DNA of 41,176 nt from a virus (Duplodnaviria; Caudoviricetes). Where the stretch lies: the IMG/VR virus record IMGVR_UViG_3300022930_000011, positions 1-41,176 of that record, one strand, 5' to 3'. The notes beneath the pieces are model-generated. The model made no database searches, was not told the origin of the DNA, and was given only the letters and a program-made list of their open reading frames with translations. This document shows, one piece after another, positions 33,540 to 41,176 of this stretch; within the stretch, counting starts at the first letter, position 1; each line of letters starts with the position of its first letter. Position numbers and translations under genes: made by a program.

Positions 33540-36500
33540 TTAAGTGCTTAAGCCCGTGGAACTTCCACGCTTGTTTGCGAAAACGGTGCTGTTGCCTTTT
33601 CTTGATACGGACTTAGTAAATCCCCTCTCGTCAAAATTAAGGTTATTTGTTTGAATATTCGCAAAATATTTGCCCATAATTCCATCTATTTCCGATGCTG
33701 AAGCACCCGAACCTTCTAAATTAATATTCGGTATTCCTCCAAGCATCGCCCCGCTATTTTTCAAGAACGAATTGAAATCGGGATATACTTTAGAGCCCTT
33801 TTCCAAGTCTACCAATGTGTCTGTCTTTGGCGTTACCGAGAATCCTGACGATGGATGATAAACAACCTCGTGCCTTCCTCCGTCCCCGACAATTGCCATA
33901 CCGCCCGGATGGTTGTCAGTTCCCAAGGCATACTGTGGGACTTGCTGTCCTGCGATAAGGGCAATCTGTGCCGCCCCTATAATTCCAACCGCAATTGATA
34001 GAGGTACTGCCGTAGGGTCAGGAAGTTTAGCCAATGCGCCCACAACCGCCTGAGCCGTGTTTATTACCGCATTGAAAATTGCCTGTTGTTTCTGTGCCTC
34101 TGCCTCTCGCTGTCTTATTGCACGGCTTCTGTTTTCAAATTGCTTTTCGATTTCCTCTTTTGCGGAAGCGGATTCTCCGGCAAACATTATGGCAATGTCT
34201 TTTTCTTTTTCTAATCTTGAATACTGCGCATCGAAATAAGCCTGTTGGTTTTGGTTTAGGAATTCAAAAGTCTGTTGCGCAATTTCGCTTATCGAGTTGA
34301 AAGCAACGGCAAATTTTTCCTGTGTAGTGTCTGCCCCTTCCCAAAGTTTCTCAAATGTAGTCTGCATTTTACCAGTCAATGGGTCTAATGCGCTGTCAAA
34401 AAACATAGTAAGTCCCGAAAATCCTGATTCATCCAAGAACCCTAAAGAAAATGAGTTCAGGTATTCCATAGTCGCGTCCCGAAGCTCCTTTGTCCTTTCG
34501 GTCAATTCCTTTAGGTTGTTTTTTTGTTTCTCGAAAAATTCATCTGCCAATGGGTCAACATCGAATCGCAATCCCTCTCCCTCGAATTTGTCCACATAAT
34601 CCTGAAATTCCTTATAATGGTCTTTTCTTATTTCCAAGATTCTGTCCTCAGAAGTTTGAGTTATTTTATAAATTGTTTCGTTAAATGATTCGTAGGCTAT
34701 TTTTTGATCCAAAAGCATATTTTTGTATGCGGCAGCCTGTATTTTTGAATTCCCTTTTGAATTTTTTACTTGTTCCTCGTATGCGTTTTTGGAAAGCCTT
34801 ATTTCTTCATTTAGTTTGCCTGTTGTCAATTTCAATTCCTCGGAAGTAAGCAACGATTCAAGCTCAAGCCTGTCATTTACGTATTGGTTTTCTTGCTCCA
34901 ATAATTTGGTCAAAGAATCCTTTTCCGATTCCAATCTCATCTGCCTTAGCCTAAACGAGTTTTTCAAATATTCATCGTTAAGTCTTGCCAATGCCTCTGC
35001 CAACCTTTTTACCTCATCAATTTGCTTTTTTGTAAGCTCTATAGATTCTTTTTCTTTAGGGTTAAGTTCTGAAATAACCCTATCTATGGCACTCAACGCA
35101 CCTTCTCTTTGTCCAATAAGTCCATTTAGTACCGTTATTCTTTTTTCGTTTCTTTCATATTCTGTTTCACTTCCGAAAAAGTCAGAAATAGGATCTGAAC
35201 CCCTCCCTTTGGACTCAAGCTCTTTTTGTTTTTCGGTAAGCTTGTTCAATTCCTTCATTGATTCGGTCATATTGAAAAACTGCTGTTCTTTTGCAACATT
35301 TGCATCGAAAGCTCTTTGTTCAGCATCTTGAATTGCGTTTAGTGCCTCAAGCATATCTTGATACCCCTTTACAGAAGCATCTTCAGAAAAAGCTGCGTCA
35401 TAAGATTCTTTTGACATTATAAGTTGTCTGAATCCATCTACAGCACCAGCAATACCGCTTATCATAGATATGAAAAAATTAGAAACAACGCCATTTCCTG
35501 AATCAAGTTCTTTTATGAAATCAGTCCACATATTGCTTAGTCTTGTGGTTTCAGCCGCAAGCGTTTTTACTTTGGTTATGTTTTCAACACCGTATGCTTT
35601 CTCAAGCTCTTTGGCCATAATAGGTAAAACATCTTTCGCAAGTACTTTTCCGTCTTTTATCATTTTGGCGAATATCTCACCCGTAACTTCTATGTTTGGA
35701 TTAAGTCTTTGGACTGCTGCCATAGTAGCTTCATAAGCACCCGGCAATGCTTCAGATAATTGACCCTTCAACTCTTCTGCTTGTATAGTCCCTTTTCCTA
35801 TCATTTGCGTAAGTGCCAAGAATGCCCTGTCCTGATTCTCAATAGAAAGTCCCATTGCTCCAGCCGACTTCGAAATACTTTCGAATATGCCCTGTATTTC
35901 TTCTCCCGAAATTTTGTCTTTTGCGGAAACATAAAACTGAGTGTAATTTTTAGTCAATTCTTTTATTCCAATACCGTAATCGTTTGCGATTCTTGAAAGA
36001 AAAGCTTGGGTTTGCCCCAAATCCCCACTTGTTCCCAAAACTTGTTTTAATGCCAATTCAAGTCCCTGAAGTTGTCGTGTCTGTTCGAAAATATCCTTCG
36101 CTATCATTGCAAAAGCCGTTACGCCTCCAACCAATCCAAAAGCCCCCACCAAGTCTTTTATTCCTCCAATAGCTTTAGAAGGATAATTTCCAACATTCCT
36201 GTTGAATCTACCAACCGCTCTGTCGGCTGCCAAAACACGTCTGTTTAATCCGTCAAATTCCCTTTGCGCAGTTCTTAATTCTCGGTTGTATGCTCTTGTG
36301 GATTGTTCAGCCGAACGGCCTCGTGCCGTTAGATCTTGAAGCCTACGTGCGGCAATAGCCTGCTGTGCCGATAATCTGCCGTATGCACCTGCCAAAACAG
36401 AATTGGAACGTGCCAATAAATCCGCATTCTGTCTTAACTGTCTTTGATTTACGATTTCTTCAGCAGATAATTGATTTGCCCTTTGTCGTGTTGTATTTAA

Positions 36501-36686
36501 TTGTTGTTGTTGCTGATTTATTTGATTCAGATTACCTCTGTTGTCACTTGGAAGCCTTGAATTGTTCAGGTTTCGATTTATGTTCACGACCTCTGCCGCA
36601 ACTTGCTTAAGCTGGTTGATAAGTTCCTGAACCTGCGTGTAGGTTTGGCTCGATACTACTTCTACAAAACCGCTGTTATTTGCCAT
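33540..36686 (-). CDS. Tape measure protein (~1048 aa)
   Basis: RNVGNY, ALTQM-GKG-IQAEELKGQL-EALPG, long helical region, C-terminal YA-GT..HPGG-AIVG-GG..E; ATG at 36686 preferred. Confidence 0.93.
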   Translation of the reverse strand: MANNSGFVEVVSSQTYTQVQELINQLKQVAAEVVNINRNLNNSRLPSDNRGNLNQINQQQQQLNTTRQRANQLSAEEIVNQRQLRQNADLLARSNSVLAGAYGRLSAQQAIAARRLQDLTARGRSAEQSTRAYNRELRTAQREFDGLNRRVLAADRAVGRFNRNVGNYPSKAIGGIKDLVGAFGLVGGVTAFAMIAKDIFEQTRQLQGLELALKQVLGTSGDLGQTQAFLSRIANDYGIGIKELTKNYTQFYVSAKDKISGEEIQGIFESISKSAGAMGLSIENQDRAFLALTQMIGKGTIQAEELKGQLSEALPGAYEATMAAVQRLNPNIEVTGEIFAKMIKDGKVLAKDVLPIMAKELEKAYGVENITKVKTLAAETTRLSNMWTDFIKELDSGNGVVSNFFISMISGIAGAVDGFRQLIMSKESYDAAFSEDASVKGYQDMLEALNAIQDAEQRAFDANVAKEQQFFNMTESMKELNKLTEKQKELESKGRGSDPISDFFGSETEYERNEKRITVLNGLIGQREGALSAIDRVISELNPKEKESIELTKKQIDEVKRLAEALARLNDEYLKNSFRLRQMRLESEKDSLTKLLEQENQYVNDRLELESLLTSEELKLTTGKLNEEIRLSKNAYEEQVKNSKGNSKIQAAAYKNMLLDQKIAYESFNETIYKITQTSEDRILEIRKDHYKEFQDYVDKFEGEGLRFDVDPLADEFFEKQKNNLKELTERTKELRDATMEYLNSFSLGFLDESGFSGLTMFFDSALDPLTGKMQTTFEKLWEGADTTQEKFAVAFNSISEIAQQTFEFLNQNQQAYFDAQYSRLEKEKDIAIMFAGESASAKEEIEKQFENRSRAIRQREAEAQKQQAIFNAVINTAQAVVGALAKLPDPTAVPLSIAVGIIGAAQIALIAGQQVPQYALGTDNHPGGMAIVGDGGRHEVVYHPSSGFSVTPKTDTLVDLEKGSKVYPDFNSFLKNSGAMLGGIPNINLEGSGASASEIDGIMGKYFANIQTNNLNFDERGFTKSVSRKGNSTVFANKRGSSTGLST

Positions 36687-37266
36687 TTTTCTTTGATAAT
36701 TTTTGGTTAGCCTCCGATTTTGATTTTGCAGATTTGGATGCCTCACGGAAATAACGCAATGTCACGTCGCTGTGCAAAGGTCTCATTAGCACATTTTCGA
36801 TTGCCACCAAATCTGCTTCGAAACTTCTTTTTATGCCTTCCGATTTTTTAACTACGGTATCTTCAAGCATATTTAGCTGATTTTTCAATATGCCAATATT
36901 TGATTTCATTATTCGGTGGCATTCATCTACAATGTCTTTTTCGGTATCGAATTTGCAGCCCAATAACTTTAGGTTTTCAGCACATTCAGACTTCATTTTT
37001 TCTGTCAATGGCATATAAACCAATACGTAGATTTGGTCTTTTATCGCTTGTATGTGAAGTTTAAGAGCCTCAATCTTGCATCTTTTGTCAAGGTATGACT
37101 TTACTTTTTGGTTGTTCGTTATCTCAAAATCCTCGTCAACAATTTTTGACCACGCCTTTTCTCTTTCTTCTTCAGTTCCTTCGCCCAAAAGGGCAAAATC
37201 ATTGCTGTCAAGTATCTTGAAATAAAGTTTTGCCGGAATGTCTGCATCTTGCCAAAGTTTATTCAT
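36676..37266 (-). CDS. Putative tail assembly chaperone (196 aa)
   Basis: Helical protein immediately upstream of the tape measure gene. Confidence 0.55.
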   Translation of the reverse strand: MNKLWQDADIPAKLYFKILDSNDFALLGEGTEEEREKAWSKIVDEDFEITNNQKVKSYLDKRCKIEALKLHIQAIKDQIYVLVYMPLTEKMKSECAENLKLLGCKFDTEKDIVDECHRIMKSNIGILKNQLNMLEDTVVKKSEGIKRSFEADLVAIENVLMRPLHSDVTLRYFREASKSAKSKSEANQKLSKKNGK

Positions 37267-37712
37267 TGTCCAATTCTTTTTTTAATGTAGTTGATTATTT
37301 TTGGCGCATATCTTTTTTTCTGTGCCTCGTCGAAAGTGTTTTGGTTCAATCCCATAATATCATATCCGTACTTATCAATCAGGTCGAACCTCTTTGAATC
37401 TGTTGCCCCGAAAATATAATGGCTAGGGCTTATTTTTGTCGGGAATAGGCTGTTCGAGAATGCGCCTGTCAAAATCAAATCGACATTACCGAAACCAGCC
37501 AACGAGTTTTTACCGAATTTGAATCTCGCATAACCTGGGGAACGATAGTCGCCTATCTTGGAACCGTCAGGATTCTGTCCTTTTTTAAGCTCGTTTATTT
37601 TTTCCCTTTTGAGGTTTCTGTCCTGAATCACGAAGTTGTCCATCTGCTTCTGAAGATCCTGTTCCTTTATCCTCTGAAGTCTCGTTATCATTTCCTGCGC
37701 TGATATCCCCAT
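37263..37712 (-). CDS. Neck / tail completion protein (virion-morphogenesis-like)
   Basis: G..PDG..I..Y...Y..K...VDL-LTG-F..S...YG..I-GL. Confidence 0.65.
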   Translation of the reverse strand: MGISAQEMITRLQRIKEQDLQKQMDNFVIQDRNLKREKINELKKGQNPDGSKIGDYRSPGYARFKFGKNSLAGFGNVDLILTGAFSNSLFPTKISPSHYIFGATDSKRFDLIDKYGYDIMGLNQNTFDEAQKKRYAPKIINYIKKRIGQ

Positions 37713-37857
37713 TTGGAATGTGTGTTAGAAGTTTTTCCGCTCTTTTCTCGTCTTTTGGGTTTAACAGATTTGAAAGTTTTTCAATCTGTTTTTCTTTTGT
37801 CAATTGGGTAAATTTAGCATAACCCTCTTTGCTGAATGATACGTTGTCGAATTTCAT
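37585..37857 (-). CDS. Hypothetical protein (90 aa) overlapping the next gene by 128 nt
   Basis: ORF track; ATGA-coupled to the upstream 54-aa ORF. Confidence 0.6.
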   Translation of the reverse strand: MKFDNVSFSKEGYAKFTQLTKEKQIEKLSNLLNPKDEKRAEKLLTHIPNGDISAGNDNETSEDKGTGSSEADGQLRDSGQKPQKGKNKRA

Positions 37858-38018
37858 AATGTTTGGTATTTGTTTTGATAATTTCCAAAAGGAGTGTGTC
37901 GAACGGCAACACTTTTGTCTATTTTATTTAAATCGTTGTTTAGTTTTTTAGCCAATTCTATATTACCACCTTCTCTTGCTTTTTTCAACTTGTTGACTAA
38001 TTTTAAATAAGCTGTCAT
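37854..38018 (-). CDS. Hypothetical protein (54 aa)
   Basis: Manual translation MTAYLKLVNKLKKAREGGNIELAKKL... Confidence 0.5.
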   Translation of the reverse strand: MTAYLKLVNKLKKAREGGNIELAKKLNNDLNKIDKSVAVRHTPFGNYQNKYQTL

Positions 38019-38024
38019 ATTTTT

Positions 38025-38243
38025 TTATTTTTTAATGTTAGCCTCTTTCATCATTTTTTCCATCTTTTGCATAAACCTGCTTTTGGTACTTTTAATTTCA
38101 ATTTCTATCCTTAAATCGTAACGCTTAAGCTTTTCGTTTATTTTCTTAAGTTCCGCATCAAATGAATCTTTGTGGTCATTAATAATGCTTATTACTTCTT
38201 TGGATTTTTCTATCTCTTCACTAAACGCTTTTAAATATTCCAT
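38025..38243 (-). CDS. Hypothetical protein (72 aa)
   Basis: ORF track. Confidence 0.6.
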   Translation of the reverse strand: MEYLKAFSEEIEKSKEVISIINDHKDSFDAELKKINEKLKRYDLRIEIEIKSTKSRFMQKMEKMMKEANIKK

Positions 38244-38254
38244 AATTATATTAT

Positions 38255-38285
38255 AAAAAAAGGGTAGGCGATAAACCCACCCTTT
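38255..38285 (-). terminator. Terminator after the major tail gene
   Basis: AAAGGGU/ACCCUUU stem plus U run. Confidence 0.8.
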
Positions 38286-38307
38286 AAGGTTAAAAATGTC
38301 TGTGGTA

Positions 38308-39243
38308 TTAAGCTACTACCGTTATTTCATCAGAAACACCTCTGTATAACTGGTTTGTACTAATCAAAGCCGTAGCTGTTGGCGGCGTTGCGGTTGCATC
38401 ATATGTTTCATATACGAATTTAACCCCAGCAACCGGAGGTGTTGAAAAAATTACCGTATAAAGTCCCGGTGTTGTTTCTGAAATAGATTCAATTGGCATA
38501 ACTGCATTTGAAACGGTATTTCTCGCTCTTATGTTTGTTTCCTCAAAAGCTTGAATTCCGTAATTTTCATTGCTGTTTGCCGTGATCTCCAATGTATGTC
38601 CTGCTGCAACAGAAGAAACCCCTTCCATTATAACAGAAATAATACCATTTACATCAGTATTAATGTCTACTCCCGAAACGTCAATAGTTATCAACGCTTT
38701 TCGGGTATTCCAAGCTACTTCATTTGAAATCTGAAACTGAATAATTGTTTTAGCAGTTTCATCTCCAACTTGAGGCGTGTCTGTTGCTGTGTTTAGCATT
38801 GACAGAGGAAATCCAGTAATTTTAGTTTTATCTGCGCTTGACATAGCAACAACAGTACCAGCTGAATCTATAATTAGAATATTCCAAGCCTGGAATGAAT
38901 TGTAACTATATGCTGCCCCGTGCCAAGCTGGTCCATTGTCAAATTCAAAAGAGTAAAATGGTTTTCCGTTTCTGATGGCTGCCATAATGCCACCTTGATA
39001 TTCTTTGGTTGTTGTTTCCGGAGTGTTGTTTAAAAACTCAACCGTGTTTAGAAAAGGCACAAAAGTACCATTCTGAATTTGTGAAACCAAATAATCCGTG
39101 TCAAATGTCCCTGTAAGAACATCTAAACTCCAGCTCTTAGGAACTAAAAGAAACGATTTGAAGTCTTTTAGCTTTAATTCGCAAGGAACCATTCCCGTGC
39201 CTAACAATAGTTTAAGGCAATTTTTTGAATTAATATTAATCAT
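38308..39243 (-). CDS. Major tail (tube) protein
   Basis: 311 aa, beta-rich with an Ig-like C-terminus; follows the head-tail genes and is followed by a terminator. Confidence 0.75.
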   Translation of the reverse strand: MININSKNCLKLLLGTGMVPCELKLKDFKSFLLVPKSWSLDVLTGTFDTDYLVSQIQNGTFVPFLNTVEFLNNTPETTTKEYQGGIMAAIRNGKPFYSFEFDNGPAWHGAAYSYNSFQAWNILIIDSAGTVVAMSSADKTKITGFPLSMLNTATDTPQVGDETAKTIIQFQISNEVAWNTRKALITIDVSGVDINTDVNGIISVIMEGVSSVAAGHTLEITANSNENYGIQAFEETNIRARNTVSNAVMPIESISETTPGLYTVIFSTPPVAGVKFVYETYDATATPPTATALISTNQLYRGVSDEITVVA

Positions 39244-39248
39244 ATTTT

Positions 39249-39758
39249 TTAGTATTTAAAGCTGCCTATGCAACCGTTGTTTATTTTAATTGTTGTATCT
39301 AATCTTAAAGCGTCCCAAACGTCAGTTGTCTCGTTTTCTTTTCCATCTCCATAATTAGGAAATTCATAAAGGGCGAAATCAGTATCCCAAGTAAATATTC
39401 TTGATTTAGTGAATAATGTTTCTAAATGTTGAGCTAATGGAAACAATACATTTCTATAGCTCGTAGCCCATCTTTGAGTGTTTTTCCTTTCAGTATGTAA
39501 ATTTCTTGTTGCTATTATTAATTTCAAATCTACTTCGGCTAAATTTCTTCTACCTGATTGATTACTGAAGTTGGTAATATTATATATCAATGGGTATATC
39601 GGCTTTTTATTTTGATTGTAAATCTTAATTATTTGGTTAAGATGTAATTCGTCTCCAAACTCATAAACTGGTTTCAATCCTCCAACTAAAGGTATTCCTT
39701 CGTAAGTGTCATAGCCCATTATAGACTTTGTCAGTTGGCTGTGAACATCTACAATCAT
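39249..39758 (-). CDS. Tail terminator / completion protein
   Basis: YPLIY...L-LIIA...R....Y..VL-PL...D-WDA; directly before the major tail gene. Confidence 0.65.
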   Translation of the reverse strand: MIVDVHSQLTKSIMGYDTYEGIPLVGGLKPVYEFGDELHLNQIIKIYNQNKKPIYPLIYNITNFSNQSGRRNLAEVDLKLIIATRNLHTERKNTQRWATSYRNVLFPLAQHLETLFTKSRIFTWDTDFALYEFPNYGDGKENETTDVWDALRLDTTIKINNGCIGSFKY

Positions 39759-40360
39759 AATCCTAAACGATTTTTAACTTCATATCTTTTAAAATATTCT
39801 GTAGAATAATCTCCTGGTAAATCTTTTAAATATTCAGAAAGTGTCACAAATGATTTATTTTCATATCTTCCGTAGTCCCATCCTTCAAAATAAAATATAG
39901 GCTGCCAAAAATTAAAATCACAATACAACCCCTGATACATTTCTACAAAATTATTCCAAACTTCTACTAAATTTTCAGTAGGATTTATGGATAATGAGTT
40001 TTTAGATGCAGACCTTTCAATTCCAACCGTTGTATAATAAGACTTGTCGTTAAACAAATAATTATAAAACACATAGGCTTTTATCAAAGGTTTTAAACCT
40101 AACCATAATTTACCATCGTATTCCTTACCATCAATTAAGCTTTTCCAAATACCCGATGACTGACTTTGATTTTCTTTCAAGACATTATACTGAGTAATTC
40201 CTAAAACATTTACCAACAATAATCTCTCGTATTGATCTATGAACAACTGCAAGTTATCAACAGCATTAACGCTATTGTCTTGTATGTCCGGAACTTCTAT
40301 ACTATTAGGTATAAATAAAGGTTCATTTTGAAAATCAGTTGGAGAAACTATTGTTGGCAT
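39755..40360 (-). CDS. Head-tail adaptor / connector protein
   Basis: I-QYER-LL...LG...Y...L-DG..Y...YVFY-Y; follows the capsid gene. Confidence 0.65.
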   Translation of the reverse strand: MPTIVSPTDFQNEPLFIPNSIEVPDIQDNSVNAVDNLQLFIDQYERLLLVNVLGITQYNVLKENQSQSSGIWKSLIDGKEYDGKLWLGLKPLIKAYVFYNYLFNDKSYYTTVGIERSASKNSLSINPTENLVEVWNNFVEMYQGLYCDFNFWQPIFYFEGWDYGRYENKSFVTLSEYLKDLPGDYSTEYFKRYEVKNRLGL

Positions 40361-40369
40361 TTGTCTTTA

Positions 40370-40567
40370 TTATTTAATTAGTCCTTTTTCCTTAAGGATA
40401 GCGGCAACAGTCGGATGAACATTGTCTTTTTGTCCTTTTTTGTAAAAAGAACCGTTTTTAATGATTTCAACCTCAACCAATTCTGTTTGGGAATTCCCCT
40501 TGTATGACGTTTGAGCCATAACTATCGAATCCTTTGTAACCGCTTTTACTTCTTCTTTATCAGCCAT
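40370..40567 (-). CDS. Small protein downstream of the capsid gene (65 aa)
   Basis: KKG....V....A..L..KG motif common after capsid genes. Confidence 0.7.
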   Translation of the reverse strand: MADKEEVKAVTKDSIVMAQTSYKGNSQTELVEVEIIKNGSFYKKGQKDNVHPTVAAILKEKGLIK

Positions 40568-40592
40568 AATGCTTTTGTTTTAAAGGTTATTT

Positions 40593-41039
40593 TTATTCTT
40601 CTGCTGGAGCTTCGATTGCTGTTTTTACTGCTGCGAAAGTTGACTTGATGAAAGCTACTTTTTCGTTTTCGTAAATGTACAAGTGCTGTCTCGACTCACC
40701 AATCATTGTGTACATATTGCTCTCAAAGTCTGAAACGATATTCGCTGCGGTTGCGTTACCTACAATACCCTGACCGATTCTAACAGTAAAAGATTTGTAA
40801 ACACGTCTTTTGAACTTTCTCCAGTCACCAACGATAAAAGATCCTTCAGCAACCGAATCATCATTAACTTCGATAATTCTGACACCGCTCACACGAGTTC
40901 CGTCAGGCAAAACAAATGTTGGAATAACATATTGCCCTAAAGTGTCTTTGGTAGCACCCATATTGTAAACATCGGCACTCGGAACCAACGCGGCGTTAGG
41001 AATATATCTTCCATTTGACTGAATCTTGATAGCATAAAT
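40593..41039 (-). CDS. Major capsid protein, 3' part
   Basis: In-frame continuation of the ORF starting at 825; KDTLGQY, FIVGDW and DFESNMYTMIGESR resemble HK97-fold C-terminal motifs. Confidence 0.93.
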   Translation of the reverse strand: MYAIKIQSNGRYIPNAALVPSADVYNMGATKDTLGQYVIPTFVLPDGTRVSGVRIIEVNDDSVAEGSFIVGDWRKFKRRVYKSFTVRIGQGIVGNATAANIVSDFESNMYTMIGESRQHLYIYENEKVAFIKSTFAAVKTAIEAPAEE

Positions 41040-41176
41040 TGCTGCTCTTAAAGCATCCCAATTAGAAGGGAAGTTTGTAGAACCAGCCATACCGCCAGCC
41101 ACGAAAGCAGGGGCAACACTATTAACAAAAGTGAATATTTCAGCCTGTTCCGCAATTCTGTGTTCTAAGCCAATTC
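41040..41176. repeat. Terminal direct repeat, right copy
   Basis: Identical to 1-138 apart from a 1-nt deletion (tgttc-taag vs tgttcgtaag). Confidence 0.97.

Noticed and set aside
146-36610. All plus-strand ORFs in the track (e.g. 3899..4378, 11592..12077, 34723..35331)
   Set aside because: They are antisense shadows of well-supported minus-strand genes, have skewed F/S/L/I-rich composition, and lack plus-strand promoters I could see
38016-38036. A-run at the end of the 72-aa ORF as a tail-chaperone -1 frameshift site
   Set aside because: The downstream 54-aa ORF is in the same frame (6-nt gap), so a -1 shift would not fuse them

Overview
The window is a complete, circularly permuted ~41.04-kb tailed dsDNA phage genome (siphovirus-like). 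Bases 1-138 recur at 41040-41176 with one base missing, and the major capsid gene runs across that junction. Essentially all credible genes lie on the minus strand. Modules: packaging and head (P22-gp3-like TerS, PBSX-type TerL, HK97-type portal, protease and capsid); tail (major tail protein, tape measure, tip proteins, beta-helix tailspike); lysis genes split over three loci; replication and recombination (initiator, T7-gp4/Twinkle-like primase-helicase, DUF3127 SSB-like protein, YqaJ exonuclease, NinG); two DNA methyltransferases; an HNH endonuclease; a ParB-like protein; a stand-alone ART-PolyVal-like ADP-ribosyltransferase; and many small hypothetical genes. TAnnTTTG promoters, AT-rich start contexts without Shine-Dalgarno motifs and a Cys-Ser-Lys-Glu-Glu-Glu lipoprotein point to a Bacteroidota host, probably Flavobacteriaceae. 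I recognised no integrase or CI-type repressor. The most notable unexplained signals are non-coding: (i) two promoter-proximal leader RNAs of unrelated sequence but identical architecture, a 5' hairpin whose loop is complementary to the loop of a downstream intrinsic terminator (kissing-loop attenuators); (ii) three tandem promoter-hairpin units at 20.5-20.76 kb; (iii) an 11-bp box at a fixed distance upstream of three early promoters; (iv) a promoter-terminator leader in front of the structural operon. All protein assignments come from motif recognition by eye, not database searches.
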